DNA from: Paraphysomonas bandaiensis
Taxonomy: Eukaryota; Protista; Chrysophyceae
NCBI GenBank assembly: GCA_965644295.1
Contig: CBFFRP010000442.1
Coordinates: forward strand, 1 to 64,000
Direction of reading: 5' to 3'
DNA: 64,000 nt
The notes under the pieces: generated by a model
What the model saw: the letters and a program-made list of their open reading frames with translations, nothing else
Databases searched by the model: none
Told to the model about the DNA's origin: nothing
Part shown: one piece after another, positions 1 through 11,195 of the stretch
Layout of the letters: each line of letters starts with the position of its first letter
Position numbering within the stretch: the first letter of the stretch is position 1
Position numbers and translations under genes: made by a program

Positions 1-181
1 AAAGTATGAAGTACTTTAGAGGAGAAAAGGTATATTATATATTAAGGACAACTGATGTAAACTTGTCAATGTGTGATGACAATGAATGGATATGCATGCA
101 TGTGACATACTATCCATTCATTCATAATACGTAGTGCGTATGTGATAGGAAAACTACGGAAGCGAAGTTTACACTTCAACT
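1..181 (-). repeat. 3' LTR (window edge removes 4 bp)
   Basis: Exact match to 2508-2688; abuts the polypurine tract; contains a 12-bp hairpin AATGAATGGATA/TATCCATTCATT (81-122). Confidence 0.85.
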
Positions 182-2490
182 CTCCCCCTAAAACTAAGCG
201 TACGTATGTAATGAACAACATGAAAACTAGGTACTAAGCTAGATACTGAAAATAGAATAGATACTGAAAATAGATACTGAAAACCCGAAAAGAAAACCAT
301 GATGGTATAATGGATGCATGGGAAAACAAAAGGGAAAGTATCCAATAATAGAATATATATACCATAACTATAAGATATAGTGTGTGCAGAGGACCAGATG
401 GGGCATACCATCTACGAGTCATACACTCCCACTAATATAATATATAGGTAATGACATATGTATATATAATATATGTATATATATATATACTGATATTATG
501 AACACAACGGTCATCGTATCGTAGAACCACTATAGTTCTGAAGAAGTCAAACACAAACTTCAAAGCAAATCAATCCACGCTATAGCAAGACACGAAGTTC
601 ATACGCAGTAGATGAAGGATTGAATCGAATATATTATGCTTTTAATATTGCCTGAAATGGTTAGACAAACAAAATATATAGAATAATATCATAGATACCG
701 TTTTAATTTAATGCTCATATCGTAAGTATGATACATCAGAATATAAGATAGATAATGCATAACAGGTGAATCTTAATGATTATAATCAATATAGTATTGT
801 ATACCTGTCACCTTGAAATGCTTGAAAATCATGAACAGCATAATATGGAAATGCTTTCTGTTGAATGTCTACATGATGACAACAATGAAAGAACAGATGA
901 AACATATTAAATCACTGGACTATAGGACCAGGTAAAATACAAACGCTGAACTGATGATTGCATATATCGCATGAAAGTGCGCAATGCAGATTAAGATAAT
1001 CAGTGCCTCTATAATAGTAGGGCAGCAGAGTTAAAACTCTGATTGTGAGGCTGTTCTACCTGTGGAACAAAGCCAGCACTATTCCATACTAGTGGAAATA
1101 AAAGAGATATATATGCCTGCCTTTTATAATGATAAGGGGCTAAAATATGATATGCCTGCCATAAATAGGGGGCAATAAACTATACTCTTTCCTGGGGCTG
1201 TTGCGATGATGTTTCCGTCGTATTGAAGGAACGACCTTCAGTCTGAGGGGTCATATCGAAAGCCGGCTGTAACGCGATTTCTGAGGTAGCTGGCTCGTTG
1301 GCTGCTCCAACAGATTTCTCGTCATGCACAATAACATCGGGTTCGGAACTAGGTTTAGAGGGGTCATTCCCGTCGGTATCATCCTCGTGGTTAAGTTCAT
1401 CGTCGGATTTATCATAAATCCGCTCCCGTGCTTGGAAAGGTAAAAGAATGCTGAATGAATTGAACATCCGTAGTATCTAGAACCATATAACTATACATGT
1501 CCTGAGATATCACAATATTGGGAGGGGATACTGCTCTCAACCATAATATATACTGGACGGAAGAGATCAGCACTCAATAATTCATCAGATAGATAAATAT
1601 AAAGACATAAGTCCTGATTGAAGTGCTCTACTGTAAGCCGATATACATGATACGCCAAACAGAGCAACAACAAATGGTGTATAACCATTATATCTGATAC
1701 ATCACCAGAGAAAGAAGCAGACGAAGATAATAATCCATATAATATATATATGCTGCTGATGAACAGAGCAACATCCTCTGGGAACACATATTGGAATACA
1801 AGCTGGTGCATAGTGAAACCCTTGTGGATAAGATAAAGCAATCATCATCGTCGAACTCTTTATAAATAACTACTCTATTTGAATAAAGAGAAGAGAATCC
1901 ATGCTCTCAAACACATCTGCTGTGCGAGGCTAACATATGACTCATATGTGATCTCTTTCTGCAGGGTTGACTCCCTGAGAAGGCGAATAGTAGTCATCGA
2001 AAGAATATTCACAGCCATCAACATGAAGTCTAACCACTCCTGGTGTATCACCGGACAAAGCGTCTCAAGGTGTCAAAATCAGCACACATGGTGGAGACAA
2101 GTCATCAAAATCAGACTGGCTGGAATGGACATGTGCATTAGTATATACACTGTCATCTCCTTAAAGTCATATAATAAACACTGCAGGAGCTCAAACAAGG
2201 AACAGACAGACTGTCGATTTGTTTTCAGTGCCCAAAAAAATGCATATTCTTCAGAAATATTCTCTTAAAAAAAACGATTTTCCGAGTTTTAACAAAAAAG
2301 GTACATATTTTCCGGAAATTGATTCCAAAACCCCCGGATTTTCGAGTTTTCGAGAAACAGCAGAGTTCAAAGGAAGCACATCGTGTATTTCGGGTGTGTA
2401 CAGATGACAGGCTTGTTTCATATGTTGATGCCGTCATTCCACCAGTGATGTGGAGGCGAACAAACAATTAAATAAGGTTGGTTATCGTAA

Positions 2491-2503
2491 CCATCTGCTA
2501 CCA
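2491..2503 (-). promoter_or_regulatory. Primer-binding site, initiator tRNA-Met-like
   Basis: TGGTAGCAGA is complementary to the 3' CCA end of eukaryotic tRNA-iMet and lies immediately inside the 5' LTR. Confidence 0.7.
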
Positions 2504-2688
2504 AGTTAAAGTATGAAGTACTTTAGAGGAGAAAAGGTATATTATATATTAAGGACAACTGATGTAAACTTGTCAATGTGTGATGACAATGAATGGATAT
2601 GCATGCATGTGACATACTATCCATTCATTCATAATACGTAGTGCGTATGTGATAGGAAAACTACGGAAGCGAAGTTTACACTTCAACT
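2504..2688 (-). repeat. 5' LTR
   Basis: AGTT...AACT bounded; directly followed on the minus strand by a TGG-starting PBS. Confidence 0.85.
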
Positions 2689-2877
2689 AATTTAAAAAAA
2701 TTAAAACAGTAAAAGGAATTTTTTAAAACTATTTTGTTTATTGTTTGTTGCGTGTGTGTATTCAACTATTTATTAACCTTCATCTGCTTTTTCTTTTTGA
2801 CATCTTTCATGGCCTTTTTAAAATTATCTCTTTAAACCATTTTGCTTTTTAATAATTTTTTAATTGGTAATAACGTA

Positions 2878-3090
2878 AAAATTATTTTGAATAGAATAAA
2901 TTATTTTGATAAATTATTTTGATAAATTATTTTGAAAAAATATTTTGAATAGAATAAATTATTTTGAATAAATATTTTTGATAAATTATTTTGAAAAAAT
3001 ATTTTGAATAGAATAAATTATTTTGAAAAAATATTTTGAATAGAATAAATTATTTTGATAAATTATTTTGAAAAAATATTTTGAATAGAA
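2878..3090. repeat. Tandem array of ~12-19 bp AT-rich units (AAATTATTTTGA[ATAGAAT])
   Basis: Seen directly; lies in the terminal region of the innermost element A. Confidence 0.85.
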
Positions 3091-3568
3091 ACTGGCATTA
3101 TGGCACTGGCTTTTTATAACATAAACTATATAATAAATTTTACATCATCACGATCATCATCATCACCACCATCATCATCACCATCATCAACACCATCACC
3201 ATTACTACACCATTACAACTCTGGCATTTTGGCACTGGCTTTTTATAACATAAACTATATAATAAATTTTATTTTATAACTTTTTCTAATTTTCATAAAA
3301 GCCAAAATGCCAGAAAGCCAAAATGCCAAAACTATATTTTTATTTTATTATAAGATAATTATTTAATATTATATAAAGTAATTAATTTTTATTTAAAGTA
3401 TAGTATTATTAATATTATTATATAAGATAATTATTATATTTAAAGATAGAGTGAAAAGGAAAGAGTAATAAAACGAAGTTTTATTACGATACGAGAGCCC
3501 TTCTGGCTCAGGAAGAATGCCTAAGCGGCTTAGAGCGACCCCTCGGCCCTTCGTCCTCTCTGTGTGTG

Positions 3569-3623
3569 TTGCTCTCAAAGCTTTATTAATCAGTTTGTTT
3601 ACTTGGGCTTGATTCTTCGGCAT
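3569..3623 (-). pseudogene. Truncated copy of the small basic viral ORF (MPKNQAQVNKLINKALRA), cut by terminus A
   Basis: 17 of the first 18 residues match 5330-5503; homology stops at the CTCTCTGTGTGTG end at 3568. Confidence 0.75.
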
Positions 3624-3658
3624 ATATAATAAGTGTATATATTTTTTTACAGGATAAT

Positions 3659-4180
3659 AGGGAGTGAAATACGGCATGTCTATATATAGTGTTAAACAGG
3701 TCTGTTGTTCCGTCTATCTGTTGTAATTGTTCGGTGTTTAAGTCAGGGTTGGTATATCGTTTGGTTAATAGGGTCGGTTGATCGTTTGGTTGATAGGGTC
3801 GGTTGATCGCTGGGGTTAATATGTATAGTATTATTTTATTTTGATTGCATTTTTTTTGACATTTTTGTTGAAAATATTTATTTCTGATATTTATTTTTTA
3901 GAAAAAAGTTTTTTTTAAAGAAAAATGTTGTAAAAAATGTAGTGTATACTGTTGCAAAATTTGTGAAAATAAGATTTTTTTTGCATTTTTTATTGTGAAA
4001 GGTGACACGACATTTTTTATGTAAAAAAGTGTATAAAAAAATGTAATGTATAATATTGGAAGCACTTGTACGTGATACACAGCGATACCATAGGGGTAAG
4101 GGTCAGTATAAATTAATAGTTTTTATGGTCACGGTTAACACGGCTAGGGTCGAAGACCCCCCCCCCTCTCTCTGTGTGTG
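3659..4180. repeat. Terminal repeat (putative TIR) of element B
   Basis: ~500 bp highly similar to 6013-6510 in the same orientation; ends GGGTC-GAA-GACCC hairpin, C-run, CTCTCTCTGTGTGTG. Confidence 0.85.
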
Positions 4181-4711
4181 TGATTGCATGGCTATAATAT
4201 CAGTTTGTATATCAGATATATCAGCCGCGTTGCCATTTATAGCATTGGCATTTACACTTATATCAGATTGCATGGCTATAATATCAGTTTGTATATCAGA
4301 TATATCAGATTGCAAGGCTGCGATATCATTAGTATTAATCAATATATCAGCCGTGTTGTTACTTACATCAGTATATATGGCTAATATATCGCTTTCAATC
4401 GCCAATATATCGCCCTCTATATTTGCTATATCATTATCATTATTCGTTATCTGTGTTTGAATATTATCACTTACATTATTCAAATAGCTTAATTCTATGT
4501 CTGATATCTGCACGCCATCAGTATATATATAGGCCCCTGAGTTCATAATTATGTCTGTGTCTATGGTTATGTTGTTGGTCTCTATGTTCTGTAAGTATAT
4601 GTTATTAGCGTTCAGGTTGTCTGCTGATAGCTCGCCAGTATACAGCTCGTCTAAATCTAGGCTCTTCAGTCCGTTTATAGTGGAATACTGTACGGTATTT
4701 ATTTGGTTCAT
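4181..4711 (-). pseudogene. Viral fiber/coiled-coil structural protein, 3'-truncated by terminus B
   Basis: ELSYLNNVSDNIQTQI resembles a motif common in viral fiber proteins; heptad repeats (ISDIQTDIIAMQS x2). The frame runs into the terminal repeat at 4180, so the HTQREGGG tail is chimeric. Confidence 0.65.
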
Positions 4712-4822
4712 TATATATTATGGTACATATTTTTTTGCTTGATAAAATAAGTACATTGTACTACATTGTACAGATAAGTTATACAGTGTGATATAGACAC
4801 TGTATAAATAAAAAAATAGGTT

Positions 4823-5294
4823 TATATTGTCCAGTGCGTAAAATCATTATGATTTACCATATTTTCTTTAAATGGTTCACCGTTTATATCATATAATCTG
4901 AATCGTATTTTTTTCGGACTACAACTATTATCAAAACCTTAAACCTGTTGTTTTTATTTTTACATGGCGGTAAAGCCCCGCTCCCATCAGAATACATGCA
5001 ACATAATAAAAAATGGTCTGATCCTTCGGCTAAATTATCCGCATACAAACCCATTTTTTTAAAATCAGCCCTACGAAAACTCATTTTTTCATCATCATCC
5101 TGAGGAATTGCAGATATATTCAAAGTTTCAATATTCATACAAAACCCGATGCATTCAACTTCATAATAATCACAATCATCACAAGACAGAACTGGTAAAA
5201 TTAATGTACAATCGTGAGCGCTTTCATTCATAGCATTTATAGACGTAAAATTATAAATAAAACTTTGGTTTCTGGGGAAATCCATCATAAACAT
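4823..5294 (-). pseudogene. Penton/minor-capsid-like paralog with a frameshift
   Basis: Aligns to 5545-5979 (FxYNxTS, DCDY..EC..F.MN, ADNLA). After a frameshift near 4935 it continues PKKIRFRLYDINGEPFK, matching PKKVRFRLYDLKYKPLK of the paralog. Confidence 0.6.
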
Positions 5295-5329
5295 TATATA
5301 ATATATGTTATATAATAATTTAAAATTAA

Positions 5330-5503
5330 TTAAAGCTTTTTCTTAATTCTCTTTTTCACTGATGTAGCCTTTTTGTTTATCTTCTTGGCTACTTCTTTCC
5401 GCTTGTTCTCTGCGTGCTTTGTTACGTCTTGTTTAGCTTTGTTTACTGATGCTCTAAGAGCTTTGTTAATCATTTTGTTAACTTGTGCTTGATTCTTCGG
5501 CAT
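5330..5503 (-). CDS. 57-aa Lys-rich basic protein (possible virion DNA-binding protein)
   Basis: Translated by hand: MPKNQAQVNKMINKALRASVNKAKQDVTKHAENKRKEVAKKINKKATSVKKRIKKKL*. Below the ORF-track cutoff; its N-terminus is conserved in the copy at 3623 despite several synonymous changes. Confidence 0.7.
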   Translation of the reverse strand: MPKNQAQVNKMINKALRASVNKAKQDVTKHAENKRKEVAKKINKKATSVKKRIKKKL

Positions 5504-5544
5504 ATATAATAAGTGTATATATTATTTTTCAGGCATCATATTAT

Positions 5545-5979
5545 TTATTCATCGTTAAAATTATAGATTGGTGTGAATTTAATCGTTAAATCCCATTGTA
5601 TTTGTTTACCTTTTTTCGCTATGTTTTTTAAAGGTTTATATTTCAAGTCATATAATCTAAAGCGTACTTTTTTCGGTTTGTTTTCAATTATGAAGCCTTC
5701 TTTTTCTGTGTTTGGTGATCCGCCTTTTCTATCAAATACTACTAAAGGACACTGATTTTTTAAAAGTCCTTGTCTTTTTTCAGGTATGGCTAAATTATCA
5801 GCAACCAATATTACATATTCTGTTTTATCTAATTTCTTTACAGCGTCATAATTCATATAAAAATTAGTGCATTCGGCTTTAAAATAATCACAATCAGAAG
5901 GGATATATAAATATATGGTACTGTCCTCAGGATTATCTGAAGATGTAATATTATAAGTAAACGGTTTTAATGACATCAT
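5545..5979 (-). CDS. Putative single jelly-roll minor capsid (penton-like) protein
   Basis: Beta-rich 144 aa; C-terminal VRFRLYD...L...QWDLTIKF pattern resembles PLV/Polinton penton C-termini; has a paralog at 4823-5294. Confidence 0.55.
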   Translation of the reverse strand: MMSLKPFTYNITSSDNPEDSTIYLYIPSDCDYFKAECTNFYMNYDAVKKLDKTEYVILVADNLAIPEKRQGLLKNQCPLVVFDRKGGSPNTEKEGFIIENKPKKVRFRLYDLKYKPLKNIAKKGKQIQWDLTIKFTPIYNFNDE

Positions 5980-6012
5980 TATAATATAACTATATTATTA
6001 TATATGTAAAAC

Positions 6013-6510
6013 AGGGAGTAAAATACGGCATGTCTATATATAGTGTTAAACAGGTCTGTTGTTCCGTCTATCTGTTGTAATTGTTCGGTGTTTAAGTCAG
6101 GGTTGGTCTATCGTTTGGTTAATAGGGTCGGTTGATCGCTGGGGTTAATATGTATAGTATTATTTTATTTTGATTGCATTTTTTTTGACACTTTTTTTTG
6201 AAATATATTATATACAAACTTTTTTTGTTAAAAAATATTTTTTTTAATAAAAAATGTTGTAAAAAATGTAGGGTATACTGTTGCAATATTTACTATAATA
6301 ACATTTTTTATTACATTTTTTATTGTGAATAGGTAAACAGCATTTTTTATGTAAAAAAGTGTATAAAAAAATGTAATGTATAATATTGGAAGCACTTGTA
6401 CGTGATACACAGCGATACCATAGGGGTAAGGGTCAGTATAAATTAATAGTTTTCATGGTCACGGTTAACACGGCTAGGGTCGAAGACCCCCCCCCCTCTC
6501 TCTGTGTGTG
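6013..6510. repeat. Terminal repeat (putative TIR) of element C, at the host junction
   Basis: Second copy of 3659-4180; host sequence begins at 6511. Confidence 0.85.
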
Positions 6511-6595
6511 TTAGATTGTGAAGAAAACAGCTATGAAATAGCTACGTAAGCTTAATCTATTAGCCTGGTCTAGTAGATGTATACCTACTAAGTAG

Positions 6596-9500
6596 TTAAT
6601 GATGATGAATCGGTGAGCGGGAAAATGTGCTAGCATTTCCATTGGTACGACTTCCGTTCGTCATTGCAGCGTCATCGAAGTTTTCTCTTGTGTAAGCGCC
6701 CATGTGGTCCGATTCGTTTAGAGTCAATGTAGGTTTGTCACTTGGAGTACTTGATCCCCAATACATCGCATATAAAATGCCTATGTACACAAATATGCTG
6801 GTGTACCACACCGGCTACAATACAATAGTGTTAGATAACAACTAGGATAAATACTAAAGCGAGTCGAAGGTCATTAACAGCAAAAGGCATTGCACAAAAC
6901 ACAAATACCTCACGAAATATATGGAGAACATTGGCGCTTCCAGAAGCAGCAATCGGTATAGCAAGGGTGATGCCCATCAGCGCTTCGCCGGTAATAAGTC
7001 CCCCTGAACATAATATCAAACCACAAAGCAGTTCCATCGGAGTGCGAACAAAGTAATTGTATACCTGCAAACAACACTCCCTCGCTCGCTTCATTGGAAG
7101 TATCAGTATTCGTCATAAGAGAGACAAGAGCACCCGCCCTAATACCAGTATATTATCGTAAAGTAGCATATATACACCCAAATGATAAAAAGTGAGGAGT
7201 ATGTAAACAGCGTTTCAAAATAACGATAACTTGCTTTGTCAATGACGGCATATAAACATCGTTCATACGTACATTATAGGCACTCCTGTAGCCAAAGGCA
7301 AGTCTATTGCATTAAATTATTCACAGTATATAGAGAAAATGCATTGAAGAACACAGCAGATTTTAATCAGGCCGACACTTACAAAATCCAACGGCAAATC
7401 CCAACACCGGCATAGCAAACGGAATTTTATAGTGTGCAAGCATACGATCAATAGATATTACTAGAACAGCAACGGCGCCTCCTGTGGCTACCCATCCCCA
7501 TGGTAGACCCCCTAGGCGCAAGCAAAAGCGTTATAAAAAAGTTCACAAACATGGGTCGAGTATTGTGTCAGGGGCTTCTGTGTAAAAAAATTCTATTTTA
7601 CACATTCAATCACTTTATGCTGATACCTAATATGACTCCCCGGCTGACACTGTCCATCAATGACGCTTGTGGTGCAGGTAAATCCCCATCGGTCCCAAAG
7701 CCATAAGCGTCGTTGAGAAGATTCAGGATGGGTGGCATCACAACCGCTGAAGACAACACTCCCAAAATCAACATAACCTAAAAGAACTCGATGAAACAAT
7801 TCCCTAGAGAGCATCGCACCCAAAATCCAACAATATAAATACCATGAGTACTATACCAGCGATATGTACCTGTTGCTTCCACGGGGTTGCTCCTATAATA
7901 TGACCTGTTTTCAAATCCTACGTCCGCTGTAGATCAACTACGACAGTGAATACCTTATGCTTCCAATACTCACCTGCATATTATCCCCACTGATAGACCC
8001 AGCGCAGGCAATCATGGCACTCACGTATATTGTGGTTGGTGGACCTATTCCATCCGTCCCTGTATTCAAAGCAAACAAGATAAATACAAAACGTGTACAC
8101 AACAAGTTACCCTGCTATCTATCGAAACAGTACATATAATAATAACAACATGACGACATTACCGAGGTAGATTCTCAGCACGAGGGCCGTTACTAGTACC
8201 ACACAGACGGTCACGCCTGAAATGGGATTGTTGCTGCTTCCAACAAGACCAGCCATATACGCAGCGATCGCTGACGCAAAGAAGCCGAATACAACCACAA
8301 AGAAGGACAACAATATGGTGTATCCCCAATCCTTCATGAATAAGGAAACGACAATGTAAAACGGAACGATACAGAAGAATATAATGACAGCGCACAATGG
8401 CAGAGGCAAATCACGTTCAGTGCGCTTTAGGTCATCAACTCCACTGCTTGCCATTCTGAAAGCCTGTCAAAAACGGTTACCACGAAAATCATAAGTGCGA
8501 CGGCATATAACCCACACTAAAATGTGCATATAAATATCCTAGCATATATATACATATACATCATGATTGTACCTTGATTCCAGCTTCAATTCCTTTCCAG
8601 AGAGCTACTCTCAGAGATATAAGGGCGTATATGCCACCCACCAGCATAGCCCCCACTCCAAGGTACCTGATGAAGTCATATTACAACAGATCAAAAAGCA
8701 CGAGTACCGGTTTCGAATACAACAGCAGTTTCCTGTCTACAATATGTATGTAGTTGACAATTGAAGCATTCAAATGTTATGCTGACCTTGTCACCTCCTC
8801 ATAAGCAGAGTGCGCGGCAGACCCAGCGCCGCTACCATCTTGCCCCACTGTAATAATTCTACTACCTGCAGACATACATATAAAATACTTCCCCGCAAAC
8901 GGCATTAAGGGCCGATGGAAACGCATACAACCATTCAATATATAAGAAACATAAAGTAAATATGAAGATAACAAATGCCCAAAATAAAATTGTGGTATTT
9001 CAAGCCGAAGATCACCTGTGCCGATTGGAATTGCTATGAGCCAATTACTTATACCACCCAGCAGGAATACTGCAGCTATTTTCCATCCAACGATGTAACC
9101 TACCCCCACCAGAGCAGCGGATATGTTCGTTTCGAGACGAAAAACAGCGTCGTTAATTCTCCCACCAAACCCAAGTTGATTGGCTGCCAAGTTCGTGGAC
9201 TCAAGAATTTTAACAAGACCACCAACACCAGCTGCTTTGGCCACGTGTAATGCACTTGAACCACCTTCTTCGCCTGCAAGGAAATTACGATAAGAACATT
9301 ATCGTACCCAGAAAAACACACATTAAACGGTCAGACCGTTGGATGTGGAATTGAAGTATTTTCAAAAAATACAATTCGAAAATATTCCCCTACCTGCTAG
9401 AAGCACATTAGCACATGCCACACCCTCTGGGAAGGCTAGTGGTGGATCAATATCCAAAATAAGAGCCCGCCTTATCGGTATGCTGAACATAATACCAAGC

Positions 9501-10111
9501 ATTCCTGTGTGTATATTTTCATCAGCACAAAACACTGGTATCATTAGAGTCATAAATACTTCCATATATATAAGCACTACTAACAACATTTTAATATGAC
9601 CCACCTCCACACATTGCGATGATAACAGTCTCGGCATAATGGAAGGAGCTCCAGCCCTCTAGATCTCCGTCGTCATCATCACTATCATTCATGATAACCA
9701 ATGCAGGGAATGTGAATATAACACCGGCAGCAAGAGACTCGCCCGCAGAGGCAGCCGTTTGAACTAAATTATTCTCCAAAATACCTATACAACGATTAAA
9801 TTCAACGTAACGCAGATGATAAGTGCTCTATATGACTTGCCTACATCTTTACCATACACTGTCCTGAGCAGAGACATCGATATGATAGCAGCGGGTATGG
9901 ATGCAGACACTGTGAGTCCAGCAAACAGACCCAAGTATACATTAGCAGCACCAAGAAGTATAGCAAGGATGACAGATAACACAACAGCTCGTATAGTTAT
10001 CTCTTTAGGATTAGTTGAGTTGATCTCACTGCCTCGAGGATCATCACCAGCACCAGACTCCACGCTTAGAAGAGAGGTTATGGAACCCCTTGTTGCCTCG
10101 GTAGGATCCAT
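6596..10111 (-). CDS. OPT/YSL-family oligopeptide or metal-chelate transporter, multi-exon
   Basis: Motifs [77 protein letters not shown] spread over GT-AG exons. Confidence 0.9.
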
Positions 10112-10270
10112 GGAAGAAATATGATCCCAGGGGAAGAGTTTCAAACTGATGCGATACTCAGATCCACCGCACCCCTCTATACACAACTATATATACACAC
10201 ATCATACCATATCCTCCACATGACAACATCAGGCACATGTACCACAAAATAGATACGTACTTCCCTACCT

Positions 10271-10363
10271 ACACATACATACATACATACATACATACAT
10301 ACATACATACATACATACATACATACATACATACATACATACATACATACATACATACATACA

Positions 10364-10395
<32 letters not shown>

Positions 10396-10522
10396 CACAT
10401 ACATACATGCATACATACATACATACATACATACATACATACATACATACATACATACATACATACATACATACATACATACATACATACATGCATTCAT
10501 ACCTGCATACTTACATAAATAC

Positions 10523-10553
<31 letters not shown>

Positions 10554-11051
10554 CATACATACATACATACATACATACATACATACATACATACATACAT
10601 ACATACATACATACATACATACATACATACATACATACATACATACATACATACATACATACATACATACATACATACATACATACATACATACATACAT
10701 ACATACATACATACATACATACATACATACATACATACATACATACATACATACATACATACATACATACATACATACATACATACATACATACATACAT
10801 ACATACATACATACATACATACATACATACATACATACATACATACATACATACATACATACATACATACATACATACATACATACATACATACATACAT
10901 ACATACATACATACATACATACATACATACATACATACATACATACATACATACATACATACATACATACATACATACATACATACATACATACATACAT
11001 ACATACATACATACATACATACATACATACATACATACATACATACATACA

Positions 11052-11081
<30 letters not shown>
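10271..11081. repeat. (ACAT)n microsatellite, ~800 bp
   Basis: Seen directly; lies between the divergent OPT and F-box/ankyrin-like starts. Confidence 0.97.
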
Positions 11082-11082
<1 letters not shown>

Positions 11083-11195
11083 CTGGACTATCTAGCTATG
11101 CGTCATCTCACTGTCGTCGTCGTATGTTGTGCATGTATGTACATACACTCTCTGCTCTGTTAGCCTCATAATCTCATCGCATTATCAGTGTTGAC

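Larger units (their letters stand above)
1..2688 (-). mobile_element. Non-autonomous LTR retrotransposon (TRIM/LARD-like, ~2.7 kb) with identical 185-bp LTRs
   Basis: 1-181 is identical to 2508-2688. The full LTR 2504-2688 has inverted ends AGTTAAAGT...ACTTCAACT. On the minus strand a PBS TGGTAGCAGATGG (2491-2503) follows one LTR and a PPT AGGGGGAG (182-189) precedes the other. No gag/pol ORF inside. Confidence 0.85.
2689..6510 (-). mobile_element. Endogenous DNA-virus-like region (Polinton-like virus/virophage-like), three nested element ends
   Basis: Visibly AT-rich and intronless, with co-oriented minus-strand ORFs carrying fiber-like and penton-like motifs. Termini ending CTCTCTGTGTGTG at 3568, 4180 and 6510. 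Sharp boundary to host sequence at 6510. Confidence 0.7.

Noticed and set aside
3393-3677. 94-aa ORF as a real gene
   Set aside because: Chimera of a truncated basic gene reading into terminus A.
3659-6510. Direct repeats as LTRs of one retrotransposon, or as Helitron ends
   Set aside because: No TG...CA, PBS or PPT and no CTRR 3' end; the inner copy truncates a gene, and a third unrelated end shares the same tip, which fits nested insertion better.
10177-11171. MYVC/HTYI-repeat ORFs (also at 16466-17470 and 36915-37849)
   Set aside because: Artefacts of stop-free (ACAT)n microsatellites.
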